Source: Escherichia phage JLBYU28 | Length of the DNA: 64,000 nt | Sequence record: OK272472.1 | Direction: 5' to 3' (one strand) | Shown here: positions 46,471 to 64,000 of the stretch, one piece after another | How positions within the stretch are numbered: position 1 is the stretch's first letter | Layout of the letters: the number at the start of each line of letters is the position of its first letter | The notes under the pieces: generated by a model | Databases searched by the model: none | What the model was told of the DNA's origin: nothing | Seen by the model: only the letters and a program-made list of their open reading frames with translations | Made by a program: the position numbers and the translations under genes

Positions 46471-47012
46471 TTAAATTAATCTTTGCAAGTGGTGAAAATG
46501 GGGAGTTTGGTACTCCAACTGGTATGCCGTGGCCTCGACACAAACAGGACATGCAAGAGTTTAAGAGACTCACTAAAAACAACTTAGTAGTGATGGGTAA
46601 CGAGACTTTTAAGACTCTGGGTAGTAAACCTTTACCAGAACGTGCAAACCTTATCTTAACAAACTCTATACCATATTTAGGCATAGACTTTGACAAAGAT
46701 GAGATAATGTATGCTAAGGCCACTAAAGAGTCATTTGGAGCATTTTTGAAGTATCTTGATAGCTCTATTGATGAAGATGTCTTTGTAATTGGTGGTGCAG
46801 GTGTCCTTGTCAATGCTTTACCATATGCTGATGTAGTGTTCCATACAGTTTTCCATAAAGTTACTGAAGAAGCCACTGTGTATTTACCTTTTGAAAACTT
46901 CTTCGATAAACTGTATGATAGTCGTGTATTTGCAAAGGTACAGTCAAGGCCATCGGATGATGGTAAAGCAACCTTTGAAATTTATGTTCCACAAGTAAAA
47001 GGACACTTTTGA
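46467..47012 (+). CDS. frd: dihydrofolate reductase
   Basis: N-terminal IFA...GMPW and VVMGNETFKTLG...PLPERANLILT blocks match DHFR; directly upstream of thymidylate synthase. Confidence 0.85.
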   Translation: MIKLIFASGENGEFGTPTGMPWPRHKQDMQEFKRLTKNNLVVMGNETFKTLGSKPLPERANLILTNSIPYLGIDFDKDEIMYAKATKESFGAFLKYLDSSIDEDVFVIGGAGVLVNALPYADVVFHTVFHKVTEEATVYLPFENFFDKLYDSRVFAKVQSRPSDDGKATFEIYVPQVKGHF

Positions 47013-47013
47013 T

Positions 47014-47913
47014 ATGTCACAAGCAGATTTGAGTTACAAAAATATCCTTAAACATGTTTTATCCGTTGGTGAACTGCGTACTACACGAACTGGAGATGTT
47101 ATCTCTGCATTTGCTCCACCACAGTTTCGTTTTGATATGCGTACTGGTTTCCCACTCTTAACATCTAAACAGGTGTTTACACGGCAAGTTATTGGGGAAG
47201 CTTTATGGTTCCTGAATGGCGAGAATAAACTTGGCGAACTCCGTTACCGTACTTGGGGTGAAAATGATGGGGAACGCTGGACTATCTGGTCAGATGATTT
47301 TAAACGTTGGTTAAGTTCTAACTATTCTTCTGAACAAGATTGGTTAGAAGATGCAGGTGGGAGAATCTATGGGGTTCAGTGGAGAAACTTTGAAGGTCAT
47401 AATGGTTGTGTTGTAGACCAGTTAGAGACCTTAGTAACAAAGATGAAGGGTGATATCACAGACCGTTACATGCTTGTTAATGCTTGGAATGCAGCAGATA
47501 TTGCAGCAAACTCAATGGCTTTAGCACCTTGTCATGTTCTGTTTCAGATTTATATCACTAACGAAGGTGAAGTTGACTTGCAATGGTATCAGCGCTCTGT
47601 AGACACATTTTTAGGACTCCCGTTTAACATTGCATCTTACGGTTTTATTCTGGAAGTGCTTTGCAAGATGACTGGATACACTCCACGGTACTTGATAGGT
47701 GTCTTTGGAGATACTCAAATTTATCAGAACCATATGAAGCAGGTTTATGAGCTGATGAATAATGAAGAGTTCCATGCACCTACTTTTGAGATTGGTGTAC
47801 AGCTTAACACTCTAAGTGACCTTAAACATCTTACTGCAAGTGATTTTATTGGTGGCATTTACAACTACCAACATGCAGGAAAGATTGAAGCACCTTTGTC
47901 AGTAGGTAAGTAA
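47014..47913 (+). CDS. td: thymidylate synthase
   Basis: Conserved blocks TRTGD, ALAPCH (catalytic Cys), QWYQRSVD, GLPFNIASYG. Confidence 0.9.
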   Translation: MSQADLSYKNILKHVLSVGELRTTRTGDVISAFAPPQFRFDMRTGFPLLTSKQVFTRQVIGEALWFLNGENKLGELRYRTWGENDGERWTIWSDDFKRWLSSNYSSEQDWLEDAGGRIYGVQWRNFEGHNGCVVDQLETLVTKMKGDITDRYMLVNAWNAADIAANSMALAPCHVLFQIYITNEGEVDLQWYQRSVDTFLGLPFNIASYGFILEVLCKMTGYTPRYLIGVFGDTQIYQNHMKQVYELMNNEEFHAPTFEIGVQLNTLSDLKHLTASDFIGGIYNYQHAGKIEAPLSVGK

Positions 47914-47919
47914 AAACAA

Positions 47920-47950
47920 AAAAGGCTCCCGTAAAAAGGAGCCTTAAAAT
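47920..47950. terminator. bidirectional rho-independent terminator between convergent blocks
   Basis: GGCTCC-CGTAAAAA-GGAGCC hairpin (47924-47943) flanked by T-runs on both strands. Confidence 0.7.
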
Positions 47951-47951
47951 T

Positions 47952-48323
47952 TTATTTTTCAGTATTCTTTGTGTTCTTTTCAGTAATAGCTTGGAGGGCT
48001 GATACTGATTGAGCCAGATTATTAACACTATCAGAGAATTTATCAAGAGTCTTAGTAAGTTTTGCGTTTTCCCCTTTAACGTTCTCTAACTGAACTTTCT
48101 GGTTCTCCATCCCTAACTGAAGCAGTCTCATATCAGACTGCAAATCACGAATAGCTGAGTAATTAGATTTACTATAATTATCTAGCTGCTGTAATTTTGT
48201 TGTGACAGACACTTCTTGCTTACCACTTGAAACTTGCATAGTGGTATACATCCCAATAACACTAAAAATACCAACAACAATTGCACCAATATTATTTTTA
48301 AAAGCTTCCTCTAGCCACTTCAT
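47952..48323 (-). CDS. membrane-anchored coiled-coil protein (123 aa)
   Basis: N-terminal TM segment IGAIVVGIFSVIGMY then heptad-like region. Confidence 0.45.
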   Translation of the reverse strand: MKWLEEAFKNNIGAIVVGIFSVIGMYTTMQVSSGKQEVSVTTKLQQLDNYSKSNYSAIRDLQSDMRLLQLGMENQKVQLENVKGENAKLTKTLDKFSDSVNNLAQSVSALQAITEKNTKNTEK

Positions 48324-48518
48324 TTATTTCTCCCCCTTAAAAGCTTTCTCTAAGTTATCTACGAACTCATCATCAATAGGTGTGTCTGTTTTACTCGCAA
48401 GGTATCTTGCAAGCTTAAAGAACACTTTCTCAATCATGTATTCACTCAGCAGGGATAAAATGAGTTTCCAGAAGAAACTACCTAGATTTTTTAGAAGAAT
48501 TGCTAGGATTGTAGGCAT
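48324..48518 (-). CDS. small membrane protein (64 aa)
   Basis: Hydrophobic N-terminal half. Confidence 0.4.
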   Translation of the reverse strand: MPTILAILLKNLGSFFWKLILSLLSEYMIEKVFFKLARYLASKTDTPIDDEFVDNLEKAFKGEK

Positions 48519-48597
48519 TTAATCACCTCATCAGCCAAGATGGTGAGAATACCCATAAAGAATATTAACACCATCTTAACAATCAGTCAACAAGGGA

Positions 48598-51123
48598 TTA
48601 AGCAGTTCTCACCCAAGCCATTAACTTATAGAACTGGTTAGTTACGCTAAATGCTGAACCAGAACCTGTACCTCCAGTGTTACCACTCACTGTATGGCTG
48701 TGAGCACCAATACCAACAGTGTGAGCATGGTTTCCGTTAGAGGCAGCAGTACCAGACACAGTGTGTGAGTGATTCCCAGCAGCTCCTGACGTGCCATTAA
48801 ACGATGGGTTGTCAAAGCCTGTTTTACCGGTTTCACTGTTCGTTCTGGCATTACCCCTGTAAATGGTATGTGTATGGTTACCTGTTGTGTTCGTTGAACC
48901 ACTCACTGAGTGGGTGTGAGCACCAGTAGTGTTAGTGGTTTTAGTTCCATAGTCAAAGCTAGAGGTTGTTGCAGAGAAACTATGAGTGTGTGAAGGTAAG
49001 TTTCCAACTGCTAACGTAACAGAATCCGACCCACCAGTGGTAGCAACATCTGAACCATTTGCTGCTGCAATTCTGATAGTTCTACCAACACCATTGTTCA
49101 GGTACGTCCAAGTTAATCCAGGAAGTGCGGTATTAGGGTTAACATTACTGTTAAACCACGTTACGATACCTACTGGATAGATTTTATTCAGGTCTGTAGA
49201 GTCACTTACTGCCTGTGCAATCTTCTGGTCAGTTTCTGCTTTAGTGTATGCACCGATATCTGAAGGGGTTGGTTTTTGCATATTTGTGTAGTATTTTGCA
49301 ATTGTACCCTTTACAATACCTTGCGGAGCGTCATCAAATGTTTGTGGTACTCCAAACAACTGCACACCTGCATTACTAGTATATTGGACTCTTGATGTTG
49401 TACCATTCTGGAACGCACCGACCTTACAGTAAATATCATAAGTGTCTCCAGAAGTATTCACAGAGCCGATATCCGTAATAATGGGATTCTTCGAGTTTTT
49501 CCAAGCAACAATATTTAAACCCTTTGGGCTCCCATTCCCCGTTCTGAGAACAATTTCCGTTTTACAAGCTTGGTCAAGTACACCATAGTTAAAGCCTGAC
49601 CCACCAAACACTTCAATCACCGCAGTAGATGCGGATTGCGGCATTACAACAGTAGCAATTTTAGCCCACTTTTCATCGTCTCCATTATTGAAGTTAGTAC
49701 TTCCGATTCTCAGGTATCTACTATCACTAGCACTTTGAGTAAAGTATCTAGCATCTAAGTTAGAGAAATCTGAAGGTTGAATCTGCCCTGCTAGGGTTAA
49801 TGTCTTATTGATACTTGCAGTTGAGTTACCTAAAATTAACTGAGTGCCAGAGAAGCTGTTGTTTAAGGCTACATCAGTAGAATTTGGGCCACCAACACCT
49901 ACCCACCATCTTGATGCATTGGCAGCGTCCTTACCACGAATATACAATGGCCTACTCTGAGTAGAGTTTTTAATAACTAAACCTTCGCCATCACTAACAA
50001 CTGTTTGCGCACCATTAAAAGTATTTTGTGTATTAGTTCTTGCAATCGTACTTAATGTTGCTGCCGGAATATATCTAGAGTCAATGTTAGAGAAATCTGA
50101 GGGTTGAACCTGCCCAGTGATTTGCACGGTTTTATTGATACCAATAGTTGTACCTAGTGAAACCCGCGAACCTGTAAGGTAGTTATAAATGTTTAGACGT
50201 GTATCTTCAGAATCTGTACCAACATACCATTTATTTGTTCCATCAGACTTCTTACCGAGAATGTAAAGTGGTGTACTTGCATCAGTATTCTGCAAAGTAA
50301 GAGCATTAGCGTTCTTCTTAACAACAAGGTTAGTGAAAGTATTAGCACCTGTAAAAGTGTTATCCCCAGCTAACTGTGCAAATCTCTGATTAGCAACTGT
50401 CTGAGTAAAGTATCTATCATCTAAGTTAGAGAAATCAGAAGGTTGGACTTGACCAGTGATTACTAAAGATTTATTAACAGAAATATTACTTGCAACAGTC
50501 AAGGCTGAGTCGTATTTGTTGTTATACAGGTTTACTGTATCACCGCCATTGCGACCAATACCGACCCACCATCTAGCCGAACCATCTAGGTCTACACCTT
50601 CAATATATTGTGCATTATTTGCATTTTGGTTTCTAAGGCGAAGTAAGTTAGCATCACCTTGAATTTGCTGAGTCCCAGAGAATGTGTTTGTGACAGCAAG
50701 TCTTGCATATCTTGCGTCATTCTCTTCATTAGTTCTCATACCAAGCTCATTAGGACTTGGCTTATTCAGAGTATGATAGACAGTTGCAGACCTTGAAGCA
50801 TCTGCAATAGTTAGTTTAAGACCATTTGCATTAATTTTAAAAGTCTTTAAAACATCCCCCATAGTAATCTCAGAAGAGCCTGTAGGGTCAAAGACTGCCT
50901 TACCACCATAAAGTAACTTAACAATCCCTAAGTCACCAGTCATAGTACTACCAGCAATCTGAACAAATCTTTCAAGCTTAAAAGATGCTAAGAAATCTTG
51001 ATAGGTCATTCGACGGTCTTCATCACCCAGCATTTCAGGTCTCTTTTTAACCCTGACATGAAGAAGGTCATCTGAACGGATTGTATCGATTGAGTTTAAT
51101 TCACTCAACTTGTAATCTGCCAT
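48598..51123 (-). CDS. long tail fibre protein with three internal ~100-aa repeats and C-terminal His-box (HTH/HSH) region
   Basis: QPSDFSN(L/I)D(S/A)RY(F/I) seen three times; C-terminus GAHTHSVSGSTNTTGNHTH ... HSHTVSG. Confidence 0.7.
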   Translation of the reverse strand: MADYKLSELNSIDTIRSDDLLHVRVKKRPEMLGDEDRRMTYQDFLASFKLERFVQIAGSTMTGDLGIVKLLYGGKAVFDPTGSSEITMGDVLKTFKINANGLKLTIADASRSATVYHTLNKPSPNELGMRTNEENDARYARLAVTNTFSGTQQIQGDANLLRLRNQNANNAQYIEGVDLDGSARWWVGIGRNGGDTVNLYNNKYDSALTVASNISVNKSLVITGQVQPSDFSNLDDRYFTQTVANQRFAQLAGDNTFTGANTFTNLVVKKNANALTLQNTDASTPLYILGKKSDGTNKWYVGTDSEDTRLNIYNYLTGSRVSLGTTIGINKTVQITGQVQPSDFSNIDSRYIPAATLSTIARTNTQNTFNGAQTVVSDGEGLVIKNSTQSRPLYIRGKDAANASRWWVGVGGPNSTDVALNNSFSGTQLILGNSTASINKTLTLAGQIQPSDFSNLDARYFTQSASDSRYLRIGSTNFNNGDDEKWAKIATVVMPQSASTAVIEVFGGSGFNYGVLDQACKTEIVLRTGNGSPKGLNIVAWKNSKNPIITDIGSVNTSGDTYDIYCKVGAFQNGTTSRVQYTSNAGVQLFGVPQTFDDAPQGIVKGTIAKYYTNMQKPTPSDIGAYTKAETDQKIAQAVSDSTDLNKIYPVGIVTWFNSNVNPNTALPGLTWTYLNNGVGRTIRIAAANGSDVATTGGSDSVTLAVGNLPSHTHSFSATTSSFDYGTKTTNTTGAHTHSVSGSTNTTGNHTHTIYRGNARTNSETGKTGFDNPSFNGTSGAAGNHSHTVSGTAASNGNHAHTVGIGAHSHTVSGNTGGTGSGSAFSVTNQFYKLMAWVRTA

Positions 51124-51173
51124 TATTTTTGTCCTCTAGAAAGAGGGCTATACAGCCCCCTGTAAAAGAATTT

Positions 51174-52343
51174 TTAAGCGGTTCTTTGCCATACATAAAC
51201 TACAAAAGATGGTTGCTCAACACTAAATGCTTGACCAGCACCAGTAGCACCAGTAGTACCTGAATGGGTGTGTTCTCCAGCTCCAGTAACACTAACCGTT
51301 ACATTGTGTGAATGCGCTCCGATAGCAACAGTGTGTGAGTGTGAACCAATAGCCACCGTGTGATTATGGTTACCATTGGATGCAGCAGTACCACTAATGG
51401 AGTGAGAGTGGTTACCAGCACTATCTGTCTGAACGGTATTCCTGTGCCCATCCCTATCCCAGTCACCTGACGCACCAGTAGCTTGGTAACCAGTGACATA
51501 GCCATGTGTGTGAGCACCTGTTGTATTTGTTGAACCACTCACTGAGTGGGTGTGAGCACCAGTAGTGTTTGTGGTCTTAGTACCGTAATCAAATGATGAG
51601 GTTGATTTAGTACCATAATCAAACGTACTAACTGAGACATTTGCACCATGATTATGATTTCCACCTGCTAGGTAGATAGAATGACTGTGCGATGGTAAGT
51701 TGTTGCTAGATAAGCTAATACTACTTGAGCCAAAGTTACTACCAACTGGCCTAGAAGCACTATCATAACCTACAAGTGCTCTTCCTCTTGAAACTAACTC
51801 CCAAGTACCTCCACAAATTAAATATGTAGAGGGGTTTGCAGGATTCATAGAGAGATGGATAGTACCTACTGGATAAGAAGCCTGAACAGCCTTGTACAAG
51901 TTATTTACTGCTCTTGCTGTAGCATACTTATCTGCATCTTCATTATAAAGGTTAGACGTTGTCCAGTTCTGGACATTACTTAAACCAACCTGTGCCTTAG
52001 TTGTATTGTGTGGGTTGCTCTTGTCATTAATATGCTGCTGAATAAGGCTATTAACCTCTTCTGAAGACATAATCTGTAGATTTGCTCTTGCCTCAGCTAC
52101 ATTAACAATATCTGATAAGTTATTTGCAGCAACTAACTGAAGAGCATTGATAACGTTATCTAAACCAATTTGTGTTTTAGTAACACCGTGGGGGTTATTT
52201 CTTAGGCTTGAGTGTGGAGCAAGTAATTGCTCAAGAGTACATCTCTTATCCTCAATACCCTGCTTAAGATGGAAGATATCACTAAGGTCAATTGGTAAGG
52301 CTGCTTGAGGCAAGGCACTAATTTGAATTTCACCTACTGCCAT
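51174..52343 (-). CDS. second tail fibre / receptor-binding protein with His-box region
   Basis: Shares the FDYGTKTTNTTGAHTHSVSGSTNTTG block and similar C-terminus with the 841-aa fibre. Confidence 0.65.
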   Translation of the reverse strand: MAVGEIQISALPQAALPIDLSDIFHLKQGIEDKRCTLEQLLAPHSSLRNNPHGVTKTQIGLDNVINALQLVAANNLSDIVNVAEARANLQIMSSEEVNSLIQQHINDKSNPHNTTKAQVGLSNVQNWTTSNLYNEDADKYATARAVNNLYKAVQASYPVGTIHLSMNPANPSTYLICGGTWELVSRGRALVGYDSASRPVGSNFGSSSISLSSNNLPSHSHSIYLAGGNHNHGANVSVSTFDYGTKSTSSFDYGTKTTNTTGAHTHSVSGSTNTTGAHTHGYVTGYQATGASGDWDRDGHRNTVQTDSAGNHSHSISGTAASNGNHNHTVAIGSHSHTVAIGAHSHNVTVSVTGAGEHTHSGTTGATGAGQAFSVEQPSFVVYVWQRTA

Positions 52344-52345
52344 TA

Positions 52346-60364
<8,019 letters not shown>

Positions 60365-60365
<1 letters not shown>

Positions 60366-60604
60366 TACATTTTTCCTGCTCTTCTAAGTTCGTTGTAAGC
60401 AATTTCCTCTTTATACGACCTCTGAATTTCAAGAAATTGTCTCAATGATAATAAATCAGAGAATGTCATAGCAAAGAGTTGGTCAAGTGTTTCTTTACAC
60501 CCTTCCATACCATAAATAGCAAGCACAAATTTCATCTCGTCTGCTTCTTCATAGGTTGCCTCTACAGCAGCATCAGTTAGTGGTGTCTGTAGAGTGTTAC
60601 CCAT
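60365..60604 (-). CDS. tail assembly chaperone, frameshift extension ORF (T-like)
   Basis: In -1 frame relative to upstream ORF; -1 frame open back through slippery site 60643-60649. Confidence 0.5.
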
Positions 60605-60606
60605 GT

Positions 60607-61005
60607 TTACTGAGAAGTTAGGCTTTTGAAAATGCTTGCTTCGAAAAAACTTCCGAAGTTTGCCTCCAGCGCAAATGCTAAGTAATCAATAAATTCACCA
60701 TAGTTTGCTTGGAAGTATGTATCGATATTAAGTGGGAAGTCGTCAACAGTTGCCCCTTGAAATAACAGGGTAGCCATTTCTTCAAGGTTAATTTCTTCAA
60801 TTCTGTCAAAACAAGCTTCAACAAGCTCTTTAAATGGAACCATTGGAGCTTCTTTCTTGCCCTTGTCAGTCAGACTTGATAGCATCTGTGCAAAGGTTGG
60901 AACAACAATTTTACCCAACTTCATAGACATCTTAATACCATCTCTTGCCCCAAGCAGAACGATATTTACTTTCTTACCATTAATTACTCTAAATTCTGTT
61001 TTCAT
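60607..61005 (-). CDS. tail assembly chaperone (G-like)
   Basis: Between tube and tape measure genes; contains slippery heptamer T_TTT_TTC. Confidence 0.55.
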   Translation of the reverse strand: MKTEFRVINGKKVNIVLLGARDGIKMSMKLGKIVVPTFAQMLSSLTDKGKKEAPMVPFKELVEACFDRIEEINLEEMATLLFQGATVDDFPLNIDTYFQANYGEFIDYLAFALEANFGSFFEASIFKSLTSQ

Positions 61006-61037
61006 TGTGATTCCTTAATACTTTTAAAAGAAACAAA

Positions 61038-61068
61038 AAAGGGGAAGACCTTTTAAAGTCTCCCCCTT
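61038..61068 (-). terminator. rho-independent terminator after tail tube gene
   Basis: Minus-strand GGGGGAGAC-TTTAAAAG-GTCTTCCCC followed by TTTTTT. Confidence 0.6.
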
Positions 61069-61078
61069 ATAGGATTTA

Positions 61079-61525
61079 TTAAACACTTGACGCTGGAATT
61101 GTAGAAGTGTAATCTAGCTTCTCACAACCAAAAATCCAAGTTTTAGAGTTCTGGTCACGACCAAGTTCAATCTGTGGTAACTCCTGCAACCAAGCGTTAA
61201 TACCAGTTGCCAGAACAGAGCCTGATGGGTCGTAGATTACGAAGTTAGAAGAGATATCTTCTTCAAGTTCCATATTGTCTTGTTTAGCTTGAATTGCAGA
61301 AAGCATCTGGTTAGAGAGAGAAGTCTGCATTAACTCAATCTCAATAGTACCTGTCTTGTCTGCATTTCTTGTCAGAGCAACCTGACCACCCGCACCAACA
61401 ACTGGTGTCACAAGTGGTGATGTTCTCTGTAGACGCAAGAATGAGTCTGGGGCAAAGCCTTCAATGGCAATACCATTCCAGCTACATACAACGTCTTTAG
61501 GGGAATATTGCTGATACATAGCCAT
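61079..61525 (-). CDS. tail tube protein
   Basis: 148 aa directly downstream of sheath gene. Confidence 0.55.
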   Translation of the reverse strand: MAMYQQYSPKDVVCSWNGIAIEGFAPDSFLRLQRTSPLVTPVVGAGGQVALTRNADKTGTIEIELMQTSLSNQMLSAIQAKQDNMELEEDISSNFVIYDPSGSVLATGINAWLQELPQIELGRDQNSKTWIFGCEKLDYTSTIPASSV

Positions 61526-61540
61526 TCCAATTTACCTCTA

Positions 61541-62893
61541 TTATTCGTAAGCCACTGTACCTTTCAAGTCAACATCCAAGATAGCCCCTGCTAAGATACC
61601 TGCAAAGGTAACATCTTTCAGGATACGTGCTTTCTTGTCTGCCAAAGCAACTTGAGAGGCTTTAGGAACATTAACTGTGTAAGATGACAGGAAGTTTCTG
61701 TTGACTGCTCTTTGCAGAGAGGTTTCAATGACTTGACGAATACGGGTAATACCAGTATCATCATAAGTAATCTTACCACCCTTCTGATTAATTAGCAAGT
61801 CTCTCAGAGAAGTTTTCAGGTCTGATTCTAACCAGTCAACACCACGGACGATATCAATCCATTCCCCACCAGAAGTAATCCCTCTACGAACCACTGGAAC
61901 ACCACCATCAAGGTCAATAAAGTTACAGTGACGTGCATCTAAAGCAGACTTCTGAATACTTGTCAGAGGTCTCTGATTAGATGGTTGTAGAGAAGCTGCT
62001 ACACCAGTTAGCTGAGCATTACCCCAAGCAATTGAGCCTGCATCATATGGAGCACCATAAGCAATGTATGCCATCTCTGGATAATCTTCTGCTGCTGCGT
62101 GATGCCACAAGCAAACTGTACGAGTGTACATATTCTTAGCAAGCTGTGCTGGAACATCATTTGCACTGGCTAATTCTGTACCTTGTAGGGCTGTTACATC
62201 AGAGTTAGCAGTGAAGAAGATTTTCTTACGAGCTTGAATCTCAGAAGCCATTGCTAAGACAAACTGTTGAGTTCTGTCTTCTGCTGCAATGAAATACCAG
62301 TCAGTTGAATAAGCTTCAATAGCTGCCAGAGCAGTTGATGCTGTATCAGCAGTTGTACTTGCAATATATACAGTCTGTGCTGTAGTTGTTACTTTCACAA
62401 AGTCATTATTACCAGCTTTGGTAATAATCATTGTGGCAGAAGCACCACTACCAGTTACGTTCACAGAAACCTTATCTTTGATTGTTGGGTCAGCTTCAAT
62501 CTGTGTTTTAAACTGTTGCAACACTACTTCAGCAGTGTCTGAGCTTTGTGCTGTATACTGGAATGGTTGAGAGATTCCACCACCAACAGCTACAGTAATT
62601 GAGTAGTCTGTGCTTTCAGTAACGGCATCAGGGATTGATACAGTGTACTGCATAGCACGTCTACCAATATAAAGCTGAGTTACTTTAGGAGTCTGACTCC
62701 AAAGTTGTTTAGCAGCCTTATATGCAGCAGACCTCTCATCGAAATCTTCAGCAACTTCAGTTAAGGAGGTGTAGCCACGTACTCTTTCTTCAAAGTTATC
62801 TGTTGAAGCTAAGAATAGTGGTAAACCAAAACCTTCTCTTGTAGTTCCTGCGGTGTTCAATGTAATATCTACATTAACAATTGGATTCCACAT
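61541..62893 (-). CDS. contractile tail sheath protein
   Basis: 450 aa immediately upstream of tube gene. Confidence 0.6.
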   Translation of the reverse strand: MWNPIVNVDITLNTAGTTREGFGLPLFLASTDNFEERVRGYTSLTEVAEDFDERSAAYKAAKQLWSQTPKVTQLYIGRRAMQYTVSIPDAVTESTDYSITVAVGGGISQPFQYTAQSSDTAEVVLQQFKTQIEADPTIKDKVSVNVTGSGASATMIITKAGNNDFVKVTTTAQTVYIASTTADTASTALAAIEAYSTDWYFIAAEDRTQQFVLAMASEIQARKKIFFTANSDVTALQGTELASANDVPAQLAKNMYTRTVCLWHHAAAEDYPEMAYIAYGAPYDAGSIAWGNAQLTGVAASLQPSNQRPLTSIQKSALDARHCNFIDLDGGVPVVRRGITSGGEWIDIVRGVDWLESDLKTSLRDLLINQKGGKITYDDTGITRIRQVIETSLQRAVNRNFLSSYTVNVPKASQVALADKKARILKDVTFAGILAGAILDVDLKGTVAYE

Positions 62894-63493
62894 TTATTTT
62901 ACCCCTTTGGAGTCTACATCTAGATGGATAGTATATTCTGGTGTCTCTTGTCCTTCTTCGTAAACCAACTCACCATCAACAATGACACGCTCAATAATAC
63001 TTCCACGTTCATCTTTCAGGACTGAGTTTTTTACAAGAGTTACAACAAGAGGTGCAGAATTTTCGAAATCTGTATTGAGATAAGTATAGTCATTCGGGAT
63101 AGCTCCAGTGTCTAGTACTGTGGCTCCTGTCTCTTCAAGGATTAAATCTCTGACTGAACTCATCTCTAATCGTTGTTTAAGCTCAAGCATAATACTATGA
63201 GCACCTTTACCATTTACCGTAATTAATACAGGAATCTGAAAAGCAATTCTGTAACAAACTACATCATCCTCAACAAACTTATCAAGAACCCAACCATAAG
63301 GTGTTGCAGCATCTTGACAATATACGGTAATAAATGGCTGGTCAGGTTTTAAACCTTTGTCATTTGAGTTATCAGAAGGGTAAGCTCTAATTACGTTTGG
63401 CCTATTATTTTTATCACGAGCTAGTCTGTGACCAATAACATCCACTAAGGTTCTAACTAGACCTTTTTCAAGTTCTGCTGTTTCTAACTGCAT
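62894..63493 (-). CDS. tail completion / neck-proximal protein (199 aa)
   Basis: Position upstream of sheath. Confidence 0.35.
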   Translation of the reverse strand: MQLETAELEKGLVRTLVDVIGHRLARDKNNRPNVIRAYPSDNSNDKGLKPDQPFITVYCQDAATPYGWVLDKFVEDDVVCYRIAFQIPVLITVNGKGAHSIMLELKQRLEMSSVRDLILEETGATVLDTGAIPNDYTYLNTDFENSAPLVVTLVKNSVLKDERGSIIERVIVDGELVYEEGQETPEYTIHLDVDSKGVK

Positions 63494-63869
63494 TCATTTT
63501 ATCCCTTCTAATAATGATATATTCATAATGGGACGTATGGACTAATTGCTGTGACCAATCCATAGTCATAAATACTTCATACTCATGACCATCAATCATA
63601 ACAATATCAGACTCATTCCACTCTACATCATCTGAAGTTCTAAGTTTATATGTGGTATACAGGATTCTTGTATCGGTAAGCCTGATACCTTCCGGTAAAG
63701 CAATCTGTGTACCATTCTTTACAGAACCTTTGATATATGGCTGGATATTACCTTTACAGTTAACCTCCACAATATCTTGTGAAGCTACCCAATCACCATC
63801 ATCGTTATAATAACCGTCTTCAGAGACTTTACGCTTTACTACAAAGCTGTGTCTGTTTAAGAGTCTCAT
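63468..63869 (-). CDS. tail completion / head-tail joining protein (133 aa)
   Basis: Position. Confidence 0.35.
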   Translation of the reverse strand: MRLLNRHSFVVKRKVSEDGYYNDDGDWVASQDIVEVNCKGNIQPYIKGSVKNGTQIALPEGIRLTDTRILYTTYKLRTSDDVEWNESDIVMIDGHEYEVFMTMDWSQQLVHTSHYEYIIIRRDKMNAVRNSRT

Positions 63870-64000
63870 TTCTTAATACCCTTCTTAGTAGAAATTTTAT
63901 AAGCAAGGTTATCCCTTAAGTCGCCTGTCTCAACAAGAGGTGCGTTAAAGCCTTTTTTCTTGACTGTGGAAGGTGCGTTAGGAGGGAGGATAGCAGAATT
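63866..64000 (-). CDS. 3' end of a minus-strand gene truncated by the window edge
   Basis: Open frame from 64000 down to TGA overlapping the next ATG (ATGA overlap at 63866-63869). Confidence 0.45.
   Translation of the reverse strand, partial: NSAILPPNAPSTVKKKGFNAPLVETGDLRDNLAYKISTKKGIKK

Overview
The window is a contiguous piece of a virulent, AT-rich contractile-tailed phage genome. By gene content it resembles Felix O1-like / T-even-like lytic enterobacterial phages; that placement is an inference from motifs read by eye, since no database search was possible. Layout: (i) 1-1722 is an ORF-free landscape of short reiterated words; (ii) 1723-7429 holds 14 small minus-strand early genes, each behind one of two reiterated promoter/leader cassettes; (iii) 7936-38437 is a minus-strand block with a macro-domain protein, a putative spanin pair, ParB-like protein plus Dam methylase, rIIB/rIIA, a Prs-like plus Nampt-like NAD+ pair, anaerobic and aerobic ribonucleotide reductases, FEN exonuclease, SSB, primase-helicase and dNMP kinase; (iv) 38695-47913 is a plus-strand block with an intron-split family-A DNA polymerase, HNH-AP2 endonuclease, DNA ligase, accessory genes, DHFR and thymidylate synthase; (v) 47952-64000 is a minus-strand tail module (sheath, tube, frameshift-type chaperones, tape measure, baseplate, two His-box tail fibres). 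The best candidates for a distinct biological system are the adjacent Prs-like/Nampt-like pair (NARP1-type NAD+ reconstitution, counter-defence) and the early macro-domain protein. Other notable observations are two group I introns (nrdD, DNA polymerase), a -1 frameshift signal in the tail chaperone, and the repeat-rich non-coding regions. Coordinates of non-ORF features are approximate (a few nt).
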